A stretch of DNA of 64,000 bases from an uncultured Acidimicrobiaceae bacterium (GTDB taxonomy: Bacteria > Actinomycetota > Acidimicrobiia > Spongiisociales > UBA5794), in assembly GCA_964596225.1 (NCBI GenBank), contig CAZQUB010000001.1, positions 8,944 through 72,943 on the forward strand. The letters run 5' to 3'. Positions within the stretch are counted from its first letter, which is position 1, and every line of letters starts with the position of its first letter. This document shows positions 37,165 to 45,713 of this stretch, in pieces. The translations under genes and the position numbers were made by a program. The notes beneath the pieces are model-generated. The model saw only the letters and a program-made list of their open reading frames with translations. It had not been told where the DNA came from and ran no database searches.

Positions 37165-37194
37165 TTGACAGCGCGACCGGCTCTCCTCTAGGTT
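37165..37194 (+). promoter_or_regulatory. Sigma-70-like promoter (TTGACA-18 nt-TAGGTT) upstream of xylA
   Basis: TTGACA lies at 37165-37170 and TAGGTT at 37189-37194 with an 18 nt spacer. The surrounding stretch is unusually AT-rich for this genome. Confidence 0.35.
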
Positions 37195-37197
37195 GTT

Positions 37198-37221
37198 GAA
37201 AACGATCTCGATACCGTTTTC
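37198..37221. promoter_or_regulatory. Perfect 7-bp inverted repeat GAAAACG-N10-CGTTTTC immediately downstream of the promoter (candidate operator)
   Basis: I read it directly; it overlaps the +1 region of the putative promoter, as a repressor operator would. Confidence 0.3.
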
Positions 37222-37544
37222 AAGCCGGCCGGACGGGGTGGGGATTCCTGGGGTCCGGGGTGGCTGGAGCGGCTGCAACCTGCAGGAAGGCAGGGACGAG
37301 TGGTGTGTTCGATCGGCTCCTCTGCGGGACCGACACCAGTCACAGGGAACGCCGCCGCGCTCTTTGTACTCCGCCTTCAGGATTTGCCCGTATCCTGTGC
37401 GCAGGCCCAGCATTGGGGCCCTCGGGATACGATCGGACCCGTGGCTCGTTGCTCCGTTCCTCGGATTGTCGGGCTCTTTGCGGCAGGATCGCCGTCCGAT
37501 GGCAGACGCGGTCGTACACGACACTGAGTTGAGGAGGACACGCA

Positions 37545-38876
37545 ATGGCAGGTGAGTTCTTCACCGAGGTGAGCGAGCCGGTTCGCTTCGAAGGCCTCGA
37601 CAGCCAGAATCCGTTCGCGTTCAAGGTCTATGACCCCGACCGTGTGGTTCTCGGCAAGCGTATGGAGGACCACCTCCGCATTGCGGTCTGCTACTGGCAC
37701 TCGTTCACGTGGGACGGGGCCGATGTCTTCGGCTACGGCACCTTCGATCGTCCGTGGCTGGCCGGCGCATGGGACATGGCGGCGGCCAGGGCCCGCATGG
37801 ACGCCGCGTTCGAGTTCCTCGGCAAACTCGGAGTCCCCTACTTCTGCTTCCACGATCGTGACATCGCCCCCGCCGGCGACACCTTTGCCGAGACCGTCCG
37901 CAATCTCGAAGAGATGGTCGACTACGCCGAATCCAAGATGAAGGAGACCGGCACCAAGCTGCTGTGGGGCACGGCCGACCTCTTCCATCACAAGCGATTC
38001 GCCGCCGGCGCCGCCACCAATCCCGATCCTGAGGTCTTCGCCATGGCGGCGGCCCAGATCAAGCATGCCATCGACGCCACCCATCGGCTCGGTGGCGCCA
38101 ACTACGTGCTCTGGGGCGGTCGGGAAGGCTACGACACGCTGCTCAACACCGACCTCAAACACGAGGCCGACCAGTTCGCCCGGTTCCTGACGATGGTGGC
38201 CGAGTACAAGCACGAGATCGGTTTCGAAGGTCTCCTCCTCATCGAGCCCAAGCCGCAGGAGCCGACCAAGCACCAGTACGACTACGACGCCTCCACCGTG
38301 CACGGCTTCCTGGAGCGCTACGACCTGGTCGACGAGTACCGGGTCAACCTCGAGGTGAACCACGCCACGCTGGCAGGACACTCGTTCCACCACGAGGTCG
38401 CCTACGCGGTCGCCAACGGGATCTTCGGCAGCATCGACGCCAACCGGGGCGATCCCCAGAACGGCTGGGACACCGACCAGTTCCCGAACTCCGTCGACGA
38501 GTTGTCCCTGGCGCTCTTCGAGATCCTGCGAGGCGGCGGGTTCACCAGCGGCGGGTTCAACTTCGACACCAAGCTGCGTCGCCAGAGCATGCACCCGTCG
38601 GACCTGTTCCATGCCCACATCGGAGGCATCGACACCTTGGCGCGTTCTCTCCTGGTGGCCGCCGCCCTCCTCGAGGACGGGAAGCTCGACGCCAACCGGG
38701 ACGCCCGCTATGCCGGGTGGACGCAAGGGATCGGCACCGACATCCTCGGGGGCTCGGTCGGACTCGCCGATCTGGCAGCCAAGGTCGAGGCCGGTGAACT
38801 GGATCCGGACCCGGTGTCGGGTGGCCAGGAACGCCTCGAGAACGTCGTCAATCAGGCGGTCTGGAGCACCAGCTGA
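37545..38876 (+). CDS. xylA: Xylose isomerase, class II (long form)
   Basis: The 443 aa product is near-collinear with E. coli/Bacillus class II XylA ([75 protein letters not shown]). GC content is about 62%, against about 70% for the flanks. Confidence 0.85.
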   Translation: MAGEFFTEVSEPVRFEGLDSQNPFAFKVYDPDRVVLGKRMEDHLRIAVCYWHSFTWDGADVFGYGTFDRPWLAGAWDMAAARARMDAAFEFLGKLGVPYFCFHDRDIAPAGDTFAETVRNLEEMVDYAESKMKETGTKLLWGTADLFHHKRFAAGAATNPDPEVFAMAAAQIKHAIDATHRLGGANYVLWGGREGYDTLLNTDLKHEADQFARFLTMVAEYKHEIGFEGLLLIEPKPQEPTKHQYDYDASTVHGFLERYDLVDEYRVNLEVNHATLAGHSFHHEVAYAVANGIFGSIDANRGDPQNGWDTDQFPNSVDELSLALFEILRGGGFTSGGFNFDTKLRRQSMHPSDLFHAHIGGIDTLARSLLVAAALLEDGKLDANRDARYAGWTQGIGTDILGGSVGLADLAAKVEAGELDPDPVSGGQERLENVVNQAVWSTS

Positions 38877-38906
38877 GCCTCCCCGTCCCCGAACTTCCTG
38901 CGGAGA

Positions 38907-39275
38907 GTGTGGAAGCCCGCAGTGGCCGACGTCGCCCTTGGCGATCTGGTCCCACACGACGTACGACACACGGCTGCCAGTCTGGCCATCTCAGCCGGAG
39001 CGAGCGTCAAAGCGGTGCAGAGAATGCCAGGTCATTCGTCGGCACAGATCACTCTCGATCGGTACGCTCATCTGTTCGAAGACGACCTCGATAGCCTCGC
39101 AGAATCGATGGGCCTGGAGGAAGATTTCGAAGACGTACGATGTGTGGCCGTGCCACTCCGCATTCGAGGTTCTCTCATCGGGGCAGTCGGCATCTCGGGA
39201 CCGGCGACACGGCTTCCCATCAGCAGATTGCGCGAGCTCGGCCGCTATGTCGATCGGAAGGTCTCCTCGTTGTAG
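38907..39275 (+). pseudogene. Chimeric remnant: tyrosine recombinase C-terminal fragment fused in-frame to an IclR-family C-terminal fragment
   Basis: Residues 15-65 (LVPHDVRHTAASLAISAGASVKAVQRMPGHSSAQITLDRYAHLFEDD) match the R-H-R-Y integrase catalytic box II region, which is only the last roughly 60 aa of an integrase. Residues 80-122 (VAVPLRIRGSLIGAVGISGPATRLPISRLRELGRYVDRKV) match the IclR effector-domain C-terminus. Neither fragment has its N-terminal domain. Confidence 0.5.
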
Positions 39276-39331
39276 GTTGCGCGCGGGGTCGGAAACCGAC
39301 TCAGGCAGAAGTCCGGCCTGTTGCAGTCTCG

Positions 39332-40534
39332 TCATCCGGCAGGATGGACGGCTTCGGCCGGGTCCATGCGTGCCGCACGTGCAGCCGGGTACAGACCGGC
39401 CAGAGTGCCTACGAGCAAGGCAGCAGCCACTCCCGCGGCCAGGAACCGGACCGGAACGTCTACGACCCAGTGCTGACCGTTGGCGTACAGGTAGGTGATG
39501 GTGGCACCGAGTGTGACTCCGGTGACTCCGCCCAAAGCCGAGAGGAGCATGCTTTCGGTGATGAATTGCCCGGCAATGTGGATTCGCTTGGCCCCCAGCG
39601 CCCGACGCAGACCGATCTCCGACCTGCGCTCGAGAACGGAGATCACCATCACGTTGGCGATGCCCACTCCCCCGACGACGAGCGCCACGGCGCCGAGGGC
39701 CAGAAGGAGTTGCGTGAGGTTCCGGTCGACGGCGGCCTTGGCTTCGAGGGCATCGGACGGTCGGCTGACCGCGACTTCGTTTGGAGACAGTGGGTTGGCG
39801 GTACGGGCGAGAATGGCTCTGACTTCGTCCACCGTGTCGGGATTGGTTCGTAGGTAAATCATCGACGGATTGATCTGGGTGTGGAACAGCTGTGCCGCGA
39901 TCGGGTATCCGATGAGCGCGGATCGGTCGAGGTCGGGACTGAGTGGCATTGGGTCGAGAATGCCGATGACCGTGAACCAACGCCCATCCAGGTAGACCAT
40001 CGGTCCCTCGGCGACGCTGGAGATGCCGAGGCGTTCGGCCGTGACCGACCCGAGGACGATCGCCGGCACCTGAGTGGTGGCGTCGTCGAGGATCCGACCA
40101 TCGGCAACGGTCGCTCCGAGCGTGGCGAAGACTCCAGGCTCCGCGGCGAAGACGGAGATACCGTTGGTCTCGAGCTCGGGGATGAGCTGGCTGCGCCGCA
40201 CCGTGGCGTCGACCTTTGTGATCGCGGCCGCCTGTTCGACCGGAGGGATACGGCGGATCATGGCTGGAGACTCCATCGGAAGCACCGCGTCGCCTCCCAA
40301 CGCCGACTGTCCCGGCCGAACCGCCAGCAGGTTGGTGCCGAACGCGTCGATCTGGCGCAGCAACGCCGCCTTCGAGGAGGAAGAGATGCCGAGGACGCCG
40401 ATCATGGCGGCAATGCCGATCGCGATGCCAACGGCGGTGAGCGCGGTTCGGACCCTACGGCTGCGGAGCCCGTGGCTTCCGGCAGCGATGAGATCCCCGG
40501 GACGCAGCCGGCTCGAGATCAGCGATCCGGCCAT
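39332..40534 (-). CDS. ABC transporter permease, FtsX/MacB family
   Basis: The internal start [19 protein letters not shown]... shares 1 nt with the ATPase stop (TGATG). It has an N-terminal TM segment, a periplasmic domain, and a C-terminal 3-TM FtsX core. The track ORF 39332..41431 is a read-through of another frame of the ATPase gene. Confidence 0.8.
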   Translation of the reverse strand: MAGSLISSRLRPGDLIAAGSHGLRSRRVRTALTAVGIAIGIAAMIGVLGISSSSKAALLRQIDAFGTNLLAVRPGQSALGGDAVLPMESPAMIRRIPPVEQAAAITKVDATVRRSQLIPELETNGISVFAAEPGVFATLGATVADGRILDDATTQVPAIVLGSVTAERLGISSVAEGPMVYLDGRWFTVIGILDPMPLSPDLDRSALIGYPIAAQLFHTQINPSMIYLRTNPDTVDEVRAILARTANPLSPNEVAVSRPSDALEAKAAVDRNLTQLLLALGAVALVVGGVGIANVMVISVLERRSEIGLRRALGAKRIHIAGQFITESMLLSALGGVTGVTLGATITYLYANGQHWVVDVPVRFLAAGVAAALLVGTLAGLYPAARAARMDPAEAVHPAG

Positions 40535-41226
40535 CACGGGAGCCTTTCGGGCTGGGCGACAGCTTGCACCCGACCGTCGGTCATCCTGATCTGTCTCGGG
40601 AACCTGGCGGCGATCTCGCTGTCGTGAGTTATCACGAGAATGGTCGAACCGCCGGCGTTGAGGTCGAGGATGAGACTGACGATCCCTGCGCTGGTCTGCG
40701 AGTCGAGGTTCCCGGTTGGTTCGTCGGCGAGCACGATCGCCGGGTCCCCGACGATCGCCCTGGCAACGGCGACGCGTTGACGTTCTCCGCCGGAGAGCTG
40801 GCCCGGCTTGTGCGCCATTCTTCCCGCGAGGCCGACCTGCTCGAGTGCAGCAGATGCGAGCCGACGCCGGAGTCGTCGCGCCACCCCGCGATAGACGAGA
40901 CCGGCGGCCACGTTGTCGAGAGCGCTGAGCCCGGGGAGGAGGTGGAACTGCTGGAACACGAAACCGATGCGGTTGGCCCGGATCGCGGCCAGAGAGCGAT
41001 CCGACTCGTTGGTGAGATCGCGACCCTCCAGCCGTACCCGCCCGCTGGTAGGTCGAGCCAGAGTTCCCACCACATTGAGGAGCGTGGACTTGCCCGATCC
41101 TGAAGCCCCCACCACGGCGACCAGCTCCCCGGTCTCGACACGCAGAGTGACCGCATCCAATGCCCGCACCGGCGGGCTGGCCGGGTACTTCTTGGTTACT
41201 CCGTCGAGCTCGAGAACTGCGGTCAC
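40534..41226 (-). CDS. ABC transporter ATP-binding protein (MacB/LolD-type)
   Basis: It has Walker [10 protein letters not shown], the Q-loop, the signature [14 protein letters not shown], Walker B ILADEPT, and the H-loop. Confidence 0.85.
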   Translation of the reverse strand: MTAVLELDGVTKKYPASPPVRALDAVTLRVETGELVAVVGASGSGKSTLLNVVGTLARPTSGRVRLEGRDLTNESDRSLAAIRANRIGFVFQQFHLLPGLSALDNVAAGLVYRGVARRLRRRLASAALEQVGLAGRMAHKPGQLSGGERQRVAVARAIVGDPAIVLADEPTGNLDSQTSAGIVSLILDLNAGGSTILVITHDSEIAARFPRQIRMTDGRVQAVAQPERLP

Positions 41227-42263
41227 GAAGGCACCACCATCTCGTCGCCCACCTCGATGTCACCCGTGGCTTCCACCCAGCCCCCGGCAGACTCACCGAT
41301 TTCGACCGCCCGATACTCGGTCGAGCCGTCGGGTGTGACCACCTCGACTGCGAAGCGCCCGTCGGCCAGGGCCACCAGCGCCCGCACCGGAATCGCCACC
41401 ACGTCGGCAGCGAGCGTCCGGGTGACCTCAACCGTCACCTCGCCCGGCTCCTGCCCGGCAGGCGCCACCAGGTCGAGCTCGACGGTGAATCGCGATGAGC
41501 CCGAAGCGTCCGCGGCCGCCGCGGTGATGGAGCGCAGCGTGGCCGGGTAGCGCGATCCGTCCGCCGTCTCGACCTCGATGTCGGGGTCGCCTTCGAACGC
41601 GCGTTTCTTGGTCGCCGAGGTCTCGACCGTGACGTACGGGCTTGCGGCGGTGACTTCGAGGATCCCGGTTCGGGACGCTTCGCCGATCCGTTGCGCGCGA
41701 GCCACTCGCAACGCGTCATACGGCAGGAACAGCAACTGAGATGCATCGATGCGGCCGGTTCGGTCGAGCCCGTGGGCCTCCTGCCACTCCCCGATCGCCC
41801 GCAACGTGTGGGGACCATAGGCACCATCGACCTCGTCTGATTCGAGATAGCCGCCGGCGTGGAGGAACCGCTGGAGCTGGGTCACGTCGTCACCTTCGGT
41901 TCCCCGGGTGAGCTCCCGATAGGTTGGCACGGCACCGGTGGTCCAGTAGGTCGGCTGTTGGTCGACCTTGTAGAGCAGGTCTCCCGCCTCGAGGACCACC
42001 CCCGGATTCGGCACCCAGGTCACCGTACCCTCCGGGCTCGCGGGCAAGGAGAAGGCCTCTCCGTAGCCGATCGCCCCGGTGAGCTCCTCCGTTTGATCGA
42101 GGGTTCGCCGTTCGACCATCGCCGTCTCCGCGGCCACGGGAGTCGACGTTTGCGACTCCTGACCGGGACCAGGTGTATCTGCACGCCCGACGGCTACAAC
42201 CCCCGCCCCCGCCAAGACCAACATCACGAGTCCGCCCCCGACGCCGAGGATGCGCCCCCTCAT
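41223..42263 (-). CDS. Periplasmic adaptor (membrane-fusion-like) protein with peptidoglycan-binding domain
   Basis: It has an N-terminal signal/TM segment and a PG_binding_1-like segment ([44 protein letters not shown]). A C-terminal beta-barrel/HlyD-like region follows. It overlaps both flanking genes as ATGA. Confidence 0.6.
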   Translation of the reverse strand: MRGRILGVGGGLVMLVLAGAGVVAVGRADTPGPGQESQTSTPVAAETAMVERRTLDQTEELTGAIGYGEAFSLPASPEGTVTWVPNPGVVLEAGDLLYKVDQQPTYWTTGAVPTYRELTRGTEGDDVTQLQRFLHAGGYLESDEVDGAYGPHTLRAIGEWQEAHGLDRTGRIDASQLLFLPYDALRVARAQRIGEASRTGILEVTAASPYVTVETSATKKRAFEGDPDIEVETADGSRYPATLRSITAAAADASGSSRFTVELDLVAPAGQEPGEVTVEVTRTLAADVVAIPVRALVALADGRFAVEVVTPDGSTEYRAVEIGESAGGWVEATGDIEVGDEMVVPS

Positions 42264-42862
42264 GGCGTGGCTTCCCCGCTGCTGTCCGAGCCGTCGACCT
42301 GCCGGTTGCAGACCCCGAGTGCTGCCTGGAACACATCAGGGTCGACGTTGTCGTAGAAGTCAGGTCCGATCACCGTCGGGCCGTTGGGGTTCGGATCGGG
42401 GAGGTCGACGCCGTTGTCACGCATACACTGCGCAAAGGCGAGATCCCGGTCGCGAGCTTCAGCCACTTGCTCCGGCGACAGCTCGAAGTCGGCGAAATAG
42501 TCGTCGAGAAAGTGCGCACACGCGGCATCGGCGTCTGCATGGGCCGCGGCATCGTCGTCGCGCGGGGAGACCATGGCTATCCCCGTGTCGGTCGCGATCG
42601 GGTCGGGCATGTCCACGCCGTGGTCCCGCATGCACTGGCCGTACTCCAGCATCGCCTTCTCCGGGTCGCTCGCTGTTGACGAGGGCGTCCCCTCCGTTGT
42701 GGACGGAGGCTGCGGGGTACCAGGAGCCGAGGTGGCTGCCGTTGTCGGCGCCACGGTCGGCAGGGTCGGTGCCGGAGCTGTGCCGTTTGCGCCACAGGCT
42801 GTTGCCATCAAGGCAAATGCGGCCAAAGTGAGGGCCGATTGCGCGGCGGTGTACATCCTCAC
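42260..42862 (-). CDS. Secreted lipoprotein with an internal Cys-containing tandem repeat
   Basis: It has a signal peptide plus lipobox (LMATACG). There are two copies of a roughly 45 aa repeat (EYGQCMRDHGVDMPDP... and AFAQCMRDNGVDLPDP...). It is the first gene of the ABC operon. Confidence 0.55.
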   Translation of the reverse strand: MRMYTAAQSALTLAAFALMATACGANGTAPAPTLPTVAPTTAATSAPGTPQPPSTTEGTPSSTASDPEKAMLEYGQCMRDHGVDMPDPIATDTGIAMVSPRDDDAAAHADADAACAHFLDDYFADFELSPEQVAEARDRDLAFAQCMRDNGVDLPDPNPNGPTVIGPDFYDNVDPDVFQAALGVCNRQVDGSDSSGEATP

Positions 42863-42991
42863 GTTGGGTTTCCTCCTGAGTCGACTGACCTGATCGTGCC
42901 GACGGCCGCCTGTGGGGAAACTGAGAATGCCTGAGAGGAGTCTCAGTCTTCTCAGCCGTCTATCAGCCGAACCGCGAGATACTGAGGTCCG

Positions 42992-43660
42992 ATGCGTGTG
43001 CTAGTGGTTGAGGACGAGGTGAATCTGGCAACGGCGATTGCCCAGGGCCTGGCCGGCGAGGGCTTCGACGTCGAGGTCGCCAACGATGGCGAAGACGGCC
43101 TGTGGCGCGCCCGTGAAGGCCAGTTCGATGCGATCGTCCTTGACATCCTTCTCCCCCGTATCAACGGCTACCGCGTGTGCGCCGTCTTGAGAGAGGAAGG
43201 GGTGCAGACACCGATCCTGATGCTGACTGCCAAGGCCGGCGAGCATGACGAGGCGGAGGGTCTCGACACCGGTGCCGACGACTACATGACCAAGCCGTTC
43301 TCCTTCGTGGTTCTGCTGGCGAGGCTTCGCGCTCTGGTTCGGCGAGGAAGGGATCTGCGCCCGGCGAAGCTCGTGGTGGGAAACCTCTCGCTGGACCCGG
43401 CGTCTCGCCGCTGCCGCATGGGAGAGCGTGAGATCAATCTGACCCCGCGCGAGTATTCCCTGCTCGAAGCACTCATGTCCCGAGCCGGAACCGTTGTCGG
43501 CAAACAGGAGCTGATCGACCGGGTGTGGGGGCTCGACTACTTCGGCAACCCCAACGTGGTCGAGGTCTACATCGGGTACCTGCGCAACAAGATCGACCGG
43601 CCGGACGATGCACACATGATCGAGACGGTGCGCGGAGTCGGCTACCGCATCACCCCATGA
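42992..43660 (+). CDS. OmpR-family response regulator
   Basis: It has a receiver domain (DD...D52 in VLDILLP, K in TAK) and a winged-helix trans_reg_C domain. Confidence 0.9.
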   Translation: MRVLVVEDEVNLATAIAQGLAGEGFDVEVANDGEDGLWRAREGQFDAIVLDILLPRINGYRVCAVLREEGVQTPILMLTAKAGEHDEAEGLDTGADDYMTKPFSFVVLLARLRALVRRGRDLRPAKLVVGNLSLDPASRRCRMGEREINLTPREYSLLEALMSRAGTVVGKQELIDRVWGLDYFGNPNVVEVYIGYLRNKIDRPDDAHMIETVRGVGYRITP

Positions 43661-45045
43661 GCGGCGCCAGGCGGGCGCTGTCTCTGCGCACACGACTCAC
43701 CTTCGTGGTGACCGCACTCTTCGCCGTTGTCGTCGCGATGGGAAGCTGGCTTCTGCTCACCAGAGCTGAGACCGCCTGGATCGAGGATCTCAAGGCCCAG
43801 GACATCATCGACCTCAACCACCTCGCCACGAGCCTGCCCGCACTCGATCCGTTTGACCCCGCGCTTGCCGAAAGCCCGATCTCACTGCCGCAGGGACGTG
43901 ATGGGACCGCGTTCCGGTTGCGCAACGAGTCGGGCACCTTGATTGGGACGACTCCGACGATCTTTCTCGGCGACACCATGGCCCTCTCGCTCGGACCGGG
44001 GCAGCAGGCAGGCGAGCCGCAACCCGACGACGCCGCTGGTGATCAGGCGCCCGGGAGCGGATTCTCCGTCGAGAGCATCGTCATCAGACGCCCCGATGGG
44101 GACATGACGCTGACGGCGCTCTCCTGGCTGGGATCGGTTCGAACCGGCGTTGCGAACCTGCGGAACACTCTCCTGCTGGTCACCCCGCTCTTGATCGTTG
44201 CGGTCGCGGTCCTCGCCTGGATGACCACCGGCCGGGCCTTCAAGCCGGTGGCGGCCATCACCGATCAGGTCGACCGGATCACCGATGATCGGCTCGACGA
44301 GCGAGTCCCCGTTCCTGCAACCGGTGATGAGATCGCCCACCTTGCGCAGACCATGAACAGGATGCTCGACCGGCTATCCGGTAGCCGCCAACGCCAGCGT
44401 GAGTTCGTCTCCGACATCTCCCACGAGCTGCGCAACCCGATAGCCACCAGCCGGGCCAAACTCGAAGTCGGCCTCAATCGGCCAGAAGACACAGACTGGA
44501 AGGACACCGCCGCAATCGTCCTCGGCGAGCAGGAGCGCCTCGCCACACTCGTCGAAGACCTGCTGCTGCTCGCCCGGCTCGACGAGAACCAGGCTACGAC
44601 CCGGGAAGAGGTCGACCTCGACGACATCGTCATCGAGGAGGCGCGGCGGCTCCAGCACCGGCCGGTTGACATCTCGCGGGTCGAACCGGTGCGGCTCGTG
44701 GGTGATCCGGGACAGCTCGCTCGCGTGGTCCGCAACCTCATCGACAACGCCGACAGACATGCCAGGGGCTTCGTGATCGTCGCCCTGAGACTCGACGATG
44801 GCCAGGCAGTGCTCACCGTCGACGACGATGGGCCGGGTATCCCCGAGGAAGACAGGGAGCATGTCTTCGAGCGATTCGTCCGCCTTGACCCCGATCGAAG
44901 TCGCCAACAGGGAGGAACGGGCTTGGGGATGGCCATAGTCCAAGCAGTCGTCGTTTCCCACGACGGCTCCGTCTCGATAGGCGACTCCCCGAGCGGAGGT
45001 GCCCGGGTTGTTGTGTGCCTGCCGGCTCCGCATCCACGGCCCTGA
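43657..45045 (+). CDS. Sensor histidine kinase (2 TM, HAMP, HisKA, HATPase_c)
   Basis: The internal start MSGARRALSLRTRLTFVVTALFAVVVAMGSWLL overlaps the response regulator stop as ATGA. It has a periplasmic loop, a second TM segment, and the H-box SHELRNPIA. N, G1 and G2 boxes are present. Confidence 0.85.
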   Translation: MSGARRALSLRTRLTFVVTALFAVVVAMGSWLLLTRAETAWIEDLKAQDIIDLNHLATSLPALDPFDPALAESPISLPQGRDGTAFRLRNESGTLIGTTPTIFLGDTMALSLGPGQQAGEPQPDDAAGDQAPGSGFSVESIVIRRPDGDMTLTALSWLGSVRTGVANLRNTLLLVTPLLIVAVAVLAWMTTGRAFKPVAAITDQVDRITDDRLDERVPVPATGDEIAHLAQTMNRMLDRLSGSRQRQREFVSDISHELRNPIATSRAKLEVGLNRPEDTDWKDTAAIVLGEQERLATLVEDLLLLARLDENQATTREEVDLDDIVIEEARRLQHRPVDISRVEPVRLVGDPGQLARVVRNLIDNADRHARGFVIVALRLDDGQAVLTVDDDGPGIPEEDREHVFERFVRLDPDRSRQQGGTGLGMAIVQAVVVSHDGSVSIGDSPSGGARVVVCLPAPHPRP

Positions 45046-45067
45046 ACGGAGGAGGGCAGCAGGCTCG

Positions 45068-45469
45068 GTGGTGCTCCACGACGACCACGACCTGATCGGC
45101 GAGCGCAACCTGCCAACCGGTTCGCACCGGTTCGGCGAGGGCGCCGGTGACTACCCCACGTCGACAGCCGAGCTCCGCGGTGAGCTCCGCCAGCCTGCCC
45201 AGACCTTCAGCGCGGCGGGCTCGACAACGATGGCCGCGATCAGCGAAGAGGCGATCGTGTTCTCTCGCGACTACACCGCCAAGGAGGACGCGCTGTTCCC
45301 AAACGAGCAGCCGGCCGCCGCCCTACTTCGGAGTGCACTCTTGGCCAGGCCCAGTGATGAGTCGAGCCTCATCGTGGCAGAGAATGCACTGCTCAGCCCG
45401 GCCGACCACTCCTCACTCCAGGACTTGGCAATACGGGAGGGGAAACAACCACAAGCGACGGCTCGATAA
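45068..45469 (+). CDS. Hypothetical protein (about 133 aa)
   Basis: The frame of track ORF 44999..45469 has balanced composition (AISEEAIVFSRDYTAKEDALFPNEQPAAALLRSALLARP...). I placed the GTG start after a GGAGGAGGG motif. No homology was recognised. Confidence 0.3.
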   Translation: MVLHDDHDLIGERNLPTGSHRFGEGAGDYPTSTAELRGELRQPAQTFSAAGSTTMAAISEEAIVFSRDYTAKEDALFPNEQPAAALLRSALLARPSDESSLIVAENALLSPADHSSLQDLAIREGKQPQATAR

Positions 45470-45713
45470 GCCCTCGCGACCGCAAGTCGCATCACCCGGC
45501 GCCACCATCGCCACCGTCATGGTCACGATCCAGAGCGTCAGCGTGCTTGGGGTCCCGTCGGCGTCGCGGGTTACGTCGCCGGGGTCGTTGATTCTTCGTA
45601 GGCGCGTTGGACCACAAAGCCCCGCGCCGGCACACTCGGCGCCGGGCGCGGCTGGCGGCACCCCAGCCGTGGTTGCCTCAAGCTCATCGCGCCGTTCGCC
45701 GATAACGCCAGGC

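Noticed and set aside
45147-45713. N-terminal 189 codons of track ORF 45147..46859
   Set aside because: It is an Arg/Ser/Pro-rich out-of-frame read. A different frame (44999..45469) has protein-like composition. The kinase domains begin only after Met 45714.
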